Assembly: GCA_963708135.1 (NCBI GenBank)
Contig: OY970192.1
Coordinates: 1,472,001-1,536,000 of the forward strand
Origin: an uncultured Gemmatimonadales bacterium
Lineage (GTDB): Bacteria; Gemmatimonadota; Gemmatimonadetes; Longimicrobiales; RSA9
Length of the DNA: 64,000 bases
Reading direction: 5' to 3'
The notes under the pieces are model-generated. The model saw only the letters and a program-made list of their open reading frames with translations, was not told the origin of the DNA and searched no databases. Of this stretch, positions 41,080-50,964 are shown piece by piece. Position numbers and translations under genes: made by a program. Position 1 is the first letter of the stretch; each line of letters begins with the position of its first letter.

Positions 41080-43278
41080 ATGGTGAGGATGCGTAAGGAA
41101 CGGACGGAGCGCGAGAACGGGATCGCGCCGCCGGGGCGTGCCCGGGGCGCGCGGCTTCTCGGTCCGCTCCTGCTGGGACTTCTGGCGGGCGGCTGCGTGA
41201 TGCAGGCGGGCGGCTCGGGTCCGTACGAGGCGCTGAAGAAGTTCGGCGGCAAGAACATCGACGCGGTCATCTTCCGGAACGCGGCGCCATTCGGCCGCGA
41301 CACGCTGCTCGCGCTGACGATGACGCTGCCGACGCGCTGCAACTTCCTCGGTCTTCCCATCTGCCTTCCGCTTCTTCATGTCGGCCAGGAGCGGCACACG
41401 TTCGATGCCACGGTGCTGCAGCAGGACGTGCAGCGGCTGGAGCTCTTCTACCGGGCGGCGGGCTACTTCGGCACGCAGGTCACGCCGAGCGTGGCCGCGC
41501 GCGGCAGCGACGGCGTGGCCGTGACGTTCACCGTGCTGCCGGGCGACCCGGTCCTGCTGGACACTCTCACGGTGACGGGGCTCTCCGGCATCGTGGATCC
41601 GGACTCGCTCGCGCGCCGCCTGCCGCTCCAGCCGGGTCAGCTGTTCGACGTGAACAAGTTCCTCGCGGCGGCGGACACGGTGCGGGGCGTGCTGCTCGCG
41701 CGCGGCCACGCCTACGCGCAGGTGCTGCGCAACTACGGCGTGGACACGGTCCGGAACCGGGCGACGGCGGAGATCGATGCCATTCCCGGCCCGCGCGTGC
41801 GGATCGACTCGATCCTGGTGATCGGGGCCCGGCACCTGGGCCGGACCGCCGTGCTTCGGCAGGTGACCGCGCGTCCGGGGGAGTACCTCCAGCTCCCGAA
41901 ACTGGTGGAAAGCCAGCGGAACCTCTACGGGCTCGACATCGTGCAGATCGCCACCGTGGGCATCGCGCCTGACTCCCTGCAGCAGGCGCCGCAGGATTCC
42001 TCCAGGGCGACGATCGCGGCGCGTATCGTGGAGGCGCCGGAGCACCAGGTGGAAGCGGCGCTGGGCTTCGGGTCGGTGGAATGCCTGCGCACGGAGGAGA
42101 GCTGGGTGGACCGCAGCCTCGGCGGCGGCGCGCGCAGGCTGGAGATCAATGGCTCGGTGAGCAAGATCGGGATCGGCACGGGTCTCGGCGGCAACCTGTG
42201 CTCCGCGTACGCCGGCGACCTCTACTCGAGCCGCCTCGACTACCAGTTGTCCACGCAGCTCACGCAGCCGTTTTTCCTGACCCCGACGAACCACCTTTCG
42301 CTCACCGTGTACGCGCAGCGGCAGTCGGCGCCGAAGGTCTACCAGCGCACGGCCCAGGGCGCCCGCACGGCCGTGGCGCACCGGCTTTCCACGCGCGAGG
42401 CGCTGACCTCGTCGATAAGCCTCGAGCGCTCGCATACCGATGCGACGCCAGTGGTCTACTGCATCGCGCTCCAGGCCTGCGAGCGCTCCCTGGTGGACTC
42501 GCTCTCGCAGGCGCGCTGGCGCAACATGCTCGGAACGGAGTGGCTCCGGGACCGCACCAACGCGCCGCTCAGCCCGACGGCCGGCTACGTCGCGCGGCTC
42601 TCGCTCGAGTGGTCCGCGCGCTGGCTCGGCTCGCGGGTGCGCTTCGTCCGGCTCACCGGCAACGTCAACTACTATCTCACGCTCAGCCCCGGCTACGTGC
42701 TGGCCGCCGACGCCCGCTTCGGGTCCTTCTTCCGCGGCGTGGGTCTCACCCCCGGGCAGAGCTTTCTGTCCCCCGAAGACCGCTTCTACACCGGCGGCGC
42801 GACGAGCGTGCGCGGCTTCGGCCAGCCCCTGCTCGGGCCGATCGCGTACGTCGCGGACACCATCCGGATCGGCGAGAACGACAAGGTCCTGGAGACCTAC
42901 GGGTTGCGCTCCGTCCCGACCGGCGGCACGGCGATGGGGGTGGCCAACCTGGAGCTTCGCACGCCGTCCCCCTTCCTGGCCGGCCGGGTGCGCTGGGCCT
43001 TCTTCGTGGACGGCGGCGCGGTCGGCTCGGACCCGCTGTGGAGCCTCGGCGCTCACGATTGGCGCTTCACTCCCGGGGCGGGTGTGCGGGTGAGCACCCC
43101 GGTGGGGCCGATCCGGCTCGACGTCGCCTACAACCCCTACCCGCCGACGAGCGGTCCGCTCTTCCTGATCACGCCGGCCGGGAACCAGCTCAGCCGCTTC
43201 TCGGACTCGTTCCGGCCGCCCACCGACTCGTTCTGGCGCCGGCTGCACTTCAACCTGGCCGTGGGCCAGCCGTTCTGA
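41080..43278 (+). CDS. Omp85 family (TamA/BamA-like) outer-membrane protein with POTRA domains (start uncertain, 41074-41089)
   Basis: DVQRLELFYRAAGYF POTRA motif, FYTGGATSVRGF, TPVGPIRLDVAY, C-terminal GQPF; possible lipobox AGGC. Confidence 0.88.
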   Translation: MVRMRKERTERENGIAPPGRARGARLLGPLLLGLLAGGCVMQAGGSGPYEALKKFGGKNIDAVIFRNAAPFGRDTLLALTMTLPTRCNFLGLPICLPLLHVGQERHTFDATVLQQDVQRLELFYRAAGYFGTQVTPSVAARGSDGVAVTFTVLPGDPVLLDTLTVTGLSGIVDPDSLARRLPLQPGQLFDVNKFLAAADTVRGVLLARGHAYAQVLRNYGVDTVRNRATAEIDAIPGPRVRIDSILVIGARHLGRTAVLRQVTARPGEYLQLPKLVESQRNLYGLDIVQIATVGIAPDSLQQAPQDSSRATIAARIVEAPEHQVEAALGFGSVECLRTEESWVDRSLGGGARRLEINGSVSKIGIGTGLGGNLCSAYAGDLYSSRLDYQLSTQLTQPFFLTPTNHLSLTVYAQRQSAPKVYQRTAQGARTAVAHRLSTREALTSSISLERSHTDATPVVYCIALQACERSLVDSLSQARWRNMLGTEWLRDRTNAPLSPTAGYVARLSLEWSARWLGSRVRFVRLTGNVNYYLTLSPGYVLAADARFGSFFRGVGLTPGQSFLSPEDRFYTGGATSVRGFGQPLLGPIAYVADTIRIGENDKVLETYGLRSVPTGGTAMGVANLELRTPSPFLAGRVRWAFFVDGGAVGSDPLWSLGAHDWRFTPGAGVRVSTPVGPIRLDVAYNPYPPTSGPLFLITPAGNQLSRFSDSFRPPTDSFWRRLHFNLAVGQPF

Positions 43279-46200
43279 TGGCGCGCGGCGACGCTCCCCA
43301 CCCGACCCGCCCCGGCGTGGTAGCGGCGCTCGCCGCCGCCCTGGCGCTGGCGGTGCTCGGGGGGTGGTGGTACTGGACGGGGGGCGGCCACGCACGCCGG
43401 CCGGCGGCCCCGGAGGCGAAGAACGGGGCGAACATCCGGCCCGTGGCGGTGGCCGAGATCAGCCGCTTCGACCGCCGCATCTACGACGAGTTGCACCGCA
43501 CGCGCCCGCGCACCACGCCGCTGCGTGGCGTGGCCAGGGTGACGGTCACGAACATCCGCTGGCGGGATGCGCGCGGGCGGCCGTTCCTGGACGCTGACGG
43601 CGTGACGGGCAAGCTGGACCTGGGCGCGCTCGCGCGCGGCGATTTCGTCGCCTCCCAGGTCGAGTCGCGCAACCCCGACGTGCTGCTCTACAAGCAGGCG
43701 GGCGACACGCTCTGGAACTACGAGCGCGTGCTCGCCGCGTTCCTGGTCGGCGGCGCCTCCTCCGGTCGCGGCGGGGGCCAGGCGCCCCGGACGGTGCTCG
43801 TGCGCGACCTGCGCATCGACGGCGGCAAGGCGCGCCTCGAGATGCCGGCCCGGACGCTCCGGTTCCTGGACGTGCAGGCGCAGCTTGCACGCGTGGCGCT
43901 ATCCGGGCCCGCCCTCCCCGCGCCGCAGGTGGAGCTCGCGCAGGGCACGGCCGTCTACGCCTCGGGCGACACCGTGCGCTTCCCGTTCTCCGTCGCCGGT
44001 GGCGTCTTCGAGTTCCCCACGGACAGCACGACGTTCCGGATCGCGACGGTGTCGTTCGGCCAGAGCCGGATCGAGGAGCTGCGCGGCTTCTACGATCCGA
44101 CTGCGCCGGGGCTGGGGGTCCGCGCCGCGGGGGTCGCGTCCCACCTGCGGCTCGCGGACCTGAGCGCGTTCCTGCCCGGGGCGAAGGGAGAGGAAGGCGT
44201 GGCATCGGGACGCTTCACGCTCGCGCCGACGGCCGCGGGTGGGCCGCGGCTCGGCATCGAGCATCTCGCGCTCGCCACCCAGGCCTCGAGGGCGACCGGC
44301 TCGCTCACGCTCGAGGTCGGAGCGGAAGGCACCCGGATCGAGTCCGCCGACCTGCGCCTGACCCCGCTGCAGCTCACCCTGGTAGAGCGGCTGACCGGCC
44401 GCACGCTTCCCTTCCACGGCACCGTCACGGGACGGCTGATGGGGACGGGCGGCGTGCTGCACTTCGAGGCGCTCGCGCAGCTCACCCGGCAGGGCAAGGG
44501 GCCGTACACCGTGAATCTCGAGGGCGAGCTCACGCAGCAGGCGCACGGCTTCGGGATTCAGGGGCTCACGCTGAACGTGAAGCAGCTCCCGCTCGAGGCG
44601 GTGCGCGCGCTCATGCCCGTCCCGCTACAGGGCAACATCAGCGGGAAGGTGACCCTCACGGGGGCGCCCGGCGCCGGCCCGATGCGAGTGGACGTCCGCC
44701 TGGATGTCGGCGGGGGCGTGGCCGTGGTGCAGGGCACCATCAACCCCGGGAAGGAGGCGCCGAGCTACGACCTCTCGGGCCGCCTCATCGATCTCCGGCT
44801 GCGCGACCTCCTCGCCCACGCGCCTCCCGCGGCGCTGACGGCGACGTTCTCGGCGTCGGGCCAGGGGCTCTCTCCGGCGACGGCGACGACGCACCTGCGC
44901 GTGGACGGCCGCTTCACCGGCTGGCGCACGACGCCAGGCGACCGCATTGCGGTGCACGCGGACCTCGAGCGGGGCACCCTCACGCTGGACACGCTGCTCG
45001 TCAACCTGGCCACGCTGCGCGTGGCGGCGGCGGGCCGCTGGACGGTCGAGGCACCGGGCGGCGGGGGGATCACCTATCGCGCTTCTCTCGCCTCGATGGC
45101 GCCGTTCGCGCCCTACGTGCCGGGACCGAACGGGGTGGCCGCGGCGGGTTCCTGGACCGTGGCCGGCACGCTCTCGGGGACACTCGCGCGCCCGGAGCTG
45201 GGCGGTACCCTGGCCGCGGACTCTCTGCGCTACGCGGACTGGGCTCTCCACCACGCCACGGGGAGCTACCGCCTCGGGCTGGGCGAGCCCGTCCCGGCGG
45301 TGGCTCTCGACGTGGTGGGGCAGACGTTCCACACGCCGACGCTGGGGGACTTCTCGACGCTTCGCCTCCAGGCGCAGCTCGCCCAGCCGCAACTCTCGAT
45401 GGCGCTGCGGGGGGAGCGGCCCGGCGGCGGCGCGGTGGAGCTCGTCGCCGACGGGCAGGTCCCGGCCAGCGGCCCGCGCATCCTCACGCTACGCACCTTC
45501 TCCGCCGACCTGGCCGGCAAGCAGTGGGCGCTCGAGCAGCCAGCCGTCGTAACGTGGACGCCTGGCGCCGCGCTCGACGTGCAGGGGCTCACGATCCAGC
45601 AGGCGGGAGGCGAGGGGCGGCTCGCGCTCTCCGGCCGACTGCTGCCGGCGGACGAGGCGCAGTTCACCCTGTCAACGACGGCGCTCCCGGTGGGCGACGC
45701 GTTCCAGCTGGCGGGCCGCGCGCCGCCCTTGACGGGCGACCTGTGGCTGACGGCGCAGGTCCAGGGACCGGGCGCGGCGCCGGCGCTGAAGGGGGAGTTC
45801 CAGCTGCGGCAGGGGAACATCGAGGGAGTCGCGCTGACCGCGCTGCACGGCACCATGAGCTACCGCGACCGCCGGCTCACCGCCTCGACGGAGGTGGACA
45901 TCGCCAATGGCGGCTCGATCCGCGCGGAGGCCGACCTGCCGGCCGAGCTCACGCTCGGGGCGCCGCCGAAGCTGTCGCTGCTGGGCACCGGCGCGGCGCA
46001 CGGGCGGCTGGTGGCGGACACGGTACCGCTGCGGATCGTCTCCTCGCTGGTCTCGCAGGTGAGAGACGTGGACGGCTATGTCAGCGCAAGCCTCGCCCTG
46101 GCCGGCACGGCGGAGAACCCGGAGCTCTCCGGGTCGGCGTCCCTGCTGGGCGGCGCGGTCACCATCCCGGCCGTGGACCAGCGCTACGACCAGATCACGG

Positions 46201-47429
46201 GCACGCTCGCGCTCCAGGACCGGCGCGTGGTCATCGAGGACCTGCGGGCGCACAGCGGCGGCTGGGCGGTAGCCACGGGGAACATCGTGCTCAAGGAGCT
46301 GAACAACCCGGTGGCCGACGTGAAGCTGAGCCTGGACGGCTTCCGTCCGATGAACGCGCCGAACCAGCAGGACGCGGCGGCGTGGGGCGAGCTGCACCTG
46401 ACGGGTGCCGTCCATTCGCCGACGCTCACCGGGGCCGTCCGGCTCGACGACGGCACCCTGGTCGTGCCCACCGGCGCGCAGGCGGGCAACCTGGCGGCGG
46501 CGGAGGCGGGCGCGCCGCCGCTCGCGGGCGCGCAGATCGCCTCGACACCGGCCACGCCGTTCGCGCAGGCGCTCACGGTGGAGGGACTCGGGGTCACGGC
46601 CGGCCAGGACCTGTGGTTCGCCACACCGCAGCAGGAGGCGCGGGTGCAGCTGTCGGGGACGCTCACCGTCTACAAGTCGGGGAGCGAGATCCGGGTATTC
46701 GGCGCCCTCACCGGGCAGCGCGGCACGTTTACGCTGTTCGCCGGGCCCATCATCCGGCGGCTGGACATCGTGCAGGCGCAGATCCGCTTCCTTGGCGGCA
46801 CGCAGCTGAACCCGCAGATCGACATCGTGGCGCAGAAGACGGTGCTCGACGCGCAGCAGCGGCAGGTCGGCATCCTGGCGCACATGACGGGCAGCCTGGA
46901 GTCGCCGCAGCTCGCGCTGTCCACGGCGGAAGGCGTGCAGATCCCGGAGTCGGAGCTGCTGAGCTTCCTGGTCTTCGGGCAGCCGAGCTTCGAGCTGGGC
47001 AACCAGCGGCTGATCCAGCAGACGGTGGTGGGCGGGGCGGCGCAGCTGCTGAGCCTGCAGCTCCAGCAGGCACTGGCGGCGCAGGGCGTGTTCGGGCTGG
47101 ACGTACTGGAGATCCGGCCGGGCCCGCAGGGGGCGCTCGGAGGGCTCGGCTCCTCACACGTGGTGGCGGGCGTGGAGGTCTACCGGAGCGTGTTCCTCAC
47201 GGTGGAGGGAGCCATCGGCGCCCTGTTCGGGTCGTCGGCGGAAACCGGCAGTGGTGGGATCTACGCCTGGCACCTGAACTGGCAGGCGAATCCGGGCACG
47301 TCGCTGCGTCTGGGGTGGGAACCCGTCAATCCGGCGTCGCTCCCCGGCATGTTCACCAACACGCTACCGGGCGCCCTGAGCGCGGTCCAGCAGGTTACCG
47401 TCGAGATCCGTCGCCGATGGACATACTGA
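43278..47429 (+). CDS. TamB/AsmA-like translocation and assembly protein
   Basis: N-terminal TM anchor, long beta-taco repeats, C-terminal NPQIDIVA...GSLESPQLALST...ELLSFLVFG; overlaps the Omp85 gene stop (TGATG). Confidence 0.85.
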   Translation: MARGDAPHPTRPGVVAALAAALALAVLGGWWYWTGGGHARRPAAPEAKNGANIRPVAVAEISRFDRRIYDELHRTRPRTTPLRGVARVTVTNIRWRDARGRPFLDADGVTGKLDLGALARGDFVASQVESRNPDVLLYKQAGDTLWNYERVLAAFLVGGASSGRGGGQAPRTVLVRDLRIDGGKARLEMPARTLRFLDVQAQLARVALSGPALPAPQVELAQGTAVYASGDTVRFPFSVAGGVFEFPTDSTTFRIATVSFGQSRIEELRGFYDPTAPGLGVRAAGVASHLRLADLSAFLPGAKGEEGVASGRFTLAPTAAGGPRLGIEHLALATQASRATGSLTLEVGAEGTRIESADLRLTPLQLTLVERLTGRTLPFHGTVTGRLMGTGGVLHFEALAQLTRQGKGPYTVNLEGELTQQAHGFGIQGLTLNVKQLPLEAVRALMPVPLQGNISGKVTLTGAPGAGPMRVDVRLDVGGGVAVVQGTINPGKEAPSYDLSGRLIDLRLRDLLAHAPPAALTATFSASGQGLSPATATTHLRVDGRFTGWRTTPGDRIAVHADLERGTLTLDTLLVNLATLRVAAAGRWTVEAPGGGGITYRASLASMAPFAPYVPGPNGVAAAGSWTVAGTLSGTLARPELGGTLAADSLRYADWALHHATGSYRLGLGEPVPAVALDVVGQTFHTPTLGDFSTLRLQAQLAQPQLSMALRGERPGGGAVELVADGQVPASGPRILTLRTFSADLAGKQWALEQPAVVTWTPGAALDVQGLTIQQAGGEGRLALSGRLLPADEAQFTLSTTALPVGDAFQLAGRAPPLTGDLWLTAQVQGPGAAPALKGEFQLRQGNIEGVALTALHGTMSYRDRRLTASTEVDIANGGSIRAEADLPAELTLGAPPKLSLLGTGAAHGRLVADTVPLRIVSSLVSQVRDVDGYVSASLALAGTAENPELSGSASLLGGAVTIPAVDQRYDQITGTLALQDRRVVIEDLRAHSGGWAVATGNIVLKELNNPVADVKLSLDGFRPMNAPNQQDAAAWGELHLTGAVHSPTLTGAVRLDDGTLVVPTGAQAGNLAAAEAGAPPLAGAQIASTPATPFAQALTVEGLGVTAGQDLWFATPQQEARVQLSGTLTVYKSGSEIRVFGALTGQRGTFTLFAGPIIRRLDIVQAQIRFLGGTQLNPQIDIVAQKTVLDAQQRQVGILAHMTGSLESPQLALSTAEGVQIPESELLSFLVFGQPSFELGNQRLIQQTVVGGAAQLLSLQLQQALAAQGVFGLDVLEIRPGPQGALGGLGSSHVVAGVEVYRSVFLTVEGAIGALFGSSAETGSGGIYAWHLNWQANPGTSLRLGWEPVNPASLPGMFTNTLPGALSAVQQVTVEIRRRWTY

Positions 47430-48384
47430 CGGGCACCGCGGCCTCGGTCTCTCCCACCCGCCGGATGGCCGCGTCGAGGATCGCGGCGCGGATCCGGGCC
47501 AGCGAGTCCTTGCTCACGCTCTGGCGCGGGCGGTAGCGCTCGACGCCGGCGGGCAGCGCCTCCTCGACCCAGCGCGGCGCGCCGGGCCAGAGGAAGAGGG
47601 AACGCGCGCCGCGGGCAACCTCCGCGAGCCCGGCACGGTCCGCCACGCCGACGACGCGCACCGCCTCGCCGTCCACCATGATGCCGCAGTGGTCGAGCGC
47701 GCGGCGGATCTTCGGCACGGCGGGTCCGTCGGCGGCGACGATGACGAGCGGCCCCTGAGCGACGCGGAGCCCGAGTTCGGCCACGAGCTCCGGGGAGAGC
47801 GTCGCCTCGATGATCGGGCGGCCAGGCAGCATGGCGGCCAGCTCGTAATAGTGGTAGGGCGTGGTCACGAGCACGGGAGCCTCGGCGAGCACCGGATCGT
47901 CGGCCCGGATCTCGCTCATGACGACGGGCGTGGCCCGCACGCCGAGGCGGTCGCGCAGCTCGGCCGCGAGGGCGTCCGCCTGCCCGTGGTCGCACTCGAC
48001 GACGGGCAGCCGCAGCCGCTCGAGCTCGGCGATCGCAGTCACCAGCTGGAGGATGGTGCGCGTGTCGAGGCCGAGCGCGCGCGCGCCGTCGTAGGTATTT
48101 TCCAGCCAGCGCCGGTACAACCGCTCGAGAGGGCCGGCCGCGTGTCGGTGCGTCGGCGCGCTGAGGTACACGCCGGACCTCGCCCGCACCCGGACGAGAC
48201 CCTCCTCCTCCAGCCGCCGGTACGCGGCGGCGGCGGTCTTGCGGTCCACGTTCTCCGCATCGGCGATTTCGCGGATGCTCGGCAGCCGGTCTCCGGCCCG
48301 CCAGTGCCCCAGATAGAGACCCGAGATCATGCGCTCCCGCAGCCGATCCAGGATGATTGCTCCAGCTACGTGTTCCCTGCCCAT
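47395..48384 (-). CDS. GntR family transcriptional regulator
   Basis: GDRLPSIREIA...VDRKTAAAAYRRLEEEGLV..RARSGVY winged HTH; SD GGAGGAG. Confidence 0.88.
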   Translation of the reverse strand: MGREHVAGAIILDRLRERMISGLYLGHWRAGDRLPSIREIADAENVDRKTAAAAYRRLEEEGLVRVRARSGVYLSAPTHRHAAGPLERLYRRWLENTYDGARALGLDTRTILQLVTAIAELERLRLPVVECDHGQADALAAELRDRLGVRATPVVMSEIRADDPVLAEAPVLVTTPYHYYELAAMLPGRPIIEATLSPELVAELGLRVAQGPLVIVAADGPAVPKIRRALDHCGIMVDGEAVRVVGVADRAGLAEVARGARSLFLWPGAPRWVEEALPAGVERYRPRQSVSKDSLARIRAAILDAAIRRVGETEAAVPVSMSIGDGSRR

Positions 48385-48427
48385 GGACCGCGTCTCCTCC
48401 ATGTAGGGTGAAGTGCGCGCGTGAGTC

Positions 48428-48442
48428 GCAAGAAGGATTCCA
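48428..48442 (-). promoter_or_regulatory. Sigma54-type promoter for the GntR gene
   Basis: - strand TGGAAT-CCTTC-TTGC (GG-N10-GC). Confidence 0.55.
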
Positions 48443-48462
48443 GATCGGAAGGCTGCCGCGAA

Positions 48463-50241
48463 ATGCTGCTCCACCTCCTTATTGCCCTGCAACTCCCGGC
48501 CACGGCGCCGCCGCAGGACTCCGCGCGGGCGTTGCGCCGGGAGGCGAAGCACGCGGAATCGCGCTACGAGCGGCTGACGCGGCGGCTGGCGCCGAGGACG
48601 CTTGGCGGCGGCTCACACGAGCCGTGCGATGAGGTGGTCGGCCGGTTCTGTCTGCGCTTCGATCCGGACGAGCGGAGCACACCGCTGCCGGCCGAGGCCC
48701 CGGCGGCGGTGGCGGCGCGGCTGGACGCGGTGCGGCGGCTCGAGCGGGCGGCCGAGGCGGCGCCCCGCAACGGCGCAATGGCGGGTGCGCTGGTGCGTCA
48801 CCTCGTCGAGATGGACAGCGCGGGCGCGGCGGTGGCGGCCGCGCGCAGGTTCGCCGCCGCGTCGCCGGACACCGCATGGGCGCCGCTCCTGCTCGGCTTC
48901 GCGCTCCACGCGGCGGGCCAGGACAGCGCGGCGGAGGCGTACTTCGACGGCGCGGCGGCGCGGCTTTCCGAGGAGGAGCGGCGGCGGCTCCGTCCCGACG
49001 TGCTGCTCCCCGGTGAGGAGCGGCACGCGCTCGGCCGGCTCGGTCCGGATGCCCGCCTCCGCTATGCCGCCGCCCTCTGGCGGCTGTCGGACCCGCTGTA
49101 CCTGACGCCGGGCAACGAGGTGCGGGCGGAGCATGTGGCACGCTACGTCTGGTGCCGGATCCTCGCGGACGTTCCCGTCGTCACCGACATGACCTCGTGG
49201 GGGTGGGACCTGGAAGAGCTGACCATGCGCTACGGCGTGCCGCGCGGACGCAGCCGCGAGGTCGGGTTCGGCGCGGAGCCCGACGCCCTCATCGAGCGCT
49301 ACGATCCGGCCGCGCTCGCCTTCGTCCCCGAGTCCCTGCTCTCGGTGGGAATCCGCGCGACGCCGCCGCCGGGCACGCCCTGGCCGCTCGAGGCGCGTGT
49401 CGCCCACACCGGCTACGCGCCCGCCACGTTCCGCCTGATGCTGCCGCTCGCCCCGCAGGTCTCCCGCTTCCCCGCCGGGGACTCCGTGCGCGTCCGCATC
49501 GACGCCACGCTGCCTCTCGACTCCCTGCCCCGCGGCGTGCGCCGCGTCCGCACGGCCCTCTTCGTACTGCCCGACGACAGCGCGCTGCTGCGCGGCGACA
49601 CGGCGCTGCGCGCCCATGTCGCGCGACTCGTCGAGACCGGCGACGACAGCGCACACGTCGCGCTGGAGGCCACGCTCCCACCAGGCCGCTATATCTACAG
49701 CATCGAGGCGCTCTCCGAGGACGGCCGACTGGCGCTCCGGGCGCGCCACAGCGTGCACCTCGAGACCGCCCCGCCGCCCGGCCGTCCAGCCGTGTCGGAT
49801 CCGCTCATCGCGGCGCCGCTCCCCGCCGGGGTCACGCCGGCCGGCCGGCAGGATCCCCGCCTGCGGCCGAGGGGCGGACTGGACCTCACCACCGGTGACA
49901 CGATCGGGATCTACGCCGAGGTCTCCGGCCTCGCCGCCGGCCGCGACGGCAGGCCGCGCTACGCCGTCGACCTCTGGCTCGAGCGGCTGGGGCATCCTTC
50001 GCTGCCGGGACGGGCGATCCGCTGGCTCGGCAGGCGCCTGGGCCTCGGCTCCGAGCACCGGCCGATCCGGCTCGGGTGGCAGGCGGAAGGCGACGACGCG
50101 GGCCGTGGCACCGTCGCCGTGAGCCTCCCGCTGCCGGCGATCCCCGCGGATCTCTACGCGCTGCACCTCGAGGTCACGGACCGGACGACGGGAGGACGCA
50201 CCGCGGTGTCTCGCGTGGTGCGGGTGCTGCGCCCGAGGTGA
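48463..50241 (+). CDS. Exported GWxTD-like domain protein with C-terminal Ig-like domains
   Basis: Signal peptide; WRLSDPLYLTPGNEVRAEH.AR...RYGVP resembles the GWxTD core; C-terminal beta-sandwich (YALHLEVTDRTTG). Confidence 0.7.
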   Translation: MLLHLLIALQLPATAPPQDSARALRREAKHAESRYERLTRRLAPRTLGGGSHEPCDEVVGRFCLRFDPDERSTPLPAEAPAAVAARLDAVRRLERAAEAAPRNGAMAGALVRHLVEMDSAGAAVAAARRFAAASPDTAWAPLLLGFALHAAGQDSAAEAYFDGAAARLSEEERRRLRPDVLLPGEERHALGRLGPDARLRYAAALWRLSDPLYLTPGNEVRAEHVARYVWCRILADVPVVTDMTSWGWDLEELTMRYGVPRGRSREVGFGAEPDALIERYDPAALAFVPESLLSVGIRATPPPGTPWPLEARVAHTGYAPATFRLMLPLAPQVSRFPAGDSVRVRIDATLPLDSLPRGVRRVRTALFVLPDDSALLRGDTALRAHVARLVETGDDSAHVALEATLPPGRYIYSIEALSEDGRLALRARHSVHLETAPPPGRPAVSDPLIAAPLPAGVTPAGRQDPRLRPRGGLDLTTGDTIGIYAEVSGLAAGRDGRPRYAVDLWLERLGHPSLPGRAIRWLGRRLGLGSEHRPIRLGWQAEGDDAGRGTVAVSLPLPAIPADLYALHLEVTDRTTGGRTAVSRVVRVLRPR

Positions 50242-50245
50242 ACGC

Positions 50246-50962
50246 TCAGAAGCGCGGAAAGAGAGTCGCGCCGACGAGCGCGCGCAGATGGCTCACGAAC
50301 CCCACCGTCCCCTGCCCTCCCCCCGGCGGCGGGCCGGGCGCGGGCGCCACGTGGTCCGTCACCTGGAAGTCGAGCGCGAAGCCGTGGACGGGCACGAGCA
50401 CGCCCGCGCCGAGCACTCCCGCGGGGCGAGTGATGGCGCGCCGGCCGAACGCCGCGGGGGCACCGGCGGGGATCGGCGCATCGGGCACCGGCCGCGCCGC
50501 GTACGTGACGGCGCCCAACCCCACGATCCCGTACGGCTTCGCCCGGTAGCGAAGCGGAATGCGGACCAGGAGGTCGACGTCCAGCAGCCAGATCCCGAGC
50601 TGGGCGTACTGCACCGGCGTCCCGCCGTACGGCTGCTCGGCCAGCTCGGCCGGGCGCACCTCGAAGCGCGAGGGCGCGAGCGAGGCCATCGCCCGGACGG
50701 CGACGCCATCGCTCAGCCAGTACCCGACGCCCGCCGCCACCGCGGCGCTCGGCGAGGCCGAGACGCGACGGTGGACGGTGGCACCATCGTCGGCGAACGG
50801 AACCGGCACCGGCGCGCCCCGCTGGAAATCGCTGAACACCGCTCCGCCCGCGAAGACGGAGAGCATGAGCCGGCCTGCCGGTGCCGGGGCGCGCTGCGCC
50901 GCCGCTGGTGCGCTCGCCGCGAAAACGAGGGCGAAGGCGAGTACTGGGATTCCGGATCTCAT
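50246..50962 (-). CDS. Small outer-membrane beta-barrel protein
   Basis: Signal peptide AAA-Q; KPYGIVGLG, GVLGAG amphipathic strands; terminal Phe. Confidence 0.7.
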   Translation of the reverse strand: MRSGIPVLAFALVFAASAPAAAQRAPAPAGRLMLSVFAGGAVFSDFQRGAPVPVPFADDGATVHRRVSASPSAAVAAGVGYWLSDGVAVRAMASLAPSRFEVRPAELAEQPYGGTPVQYAQLGIWLLDVDLLVRIPLRYRAKPYGIVGLGAVTYAARPVPDAPIPAGAPAAFGRRAITRPAGVLGAGVLVPVHGFALDFQVTDHVAPAPGPPPGGGQGTVGFVSHLRALVGATLFPRF

Positions 50963-50964
50963 GT

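Noticed and set aside
40933..43395. N-terminal 821 aa of the 1536-aa minus-strand ORF
   Set aside because: This is an antisense shadow of the Omp85 gene. The real PQQ protein starts at ATG 40932 with an SD, lipobox and sigma54 promoter.
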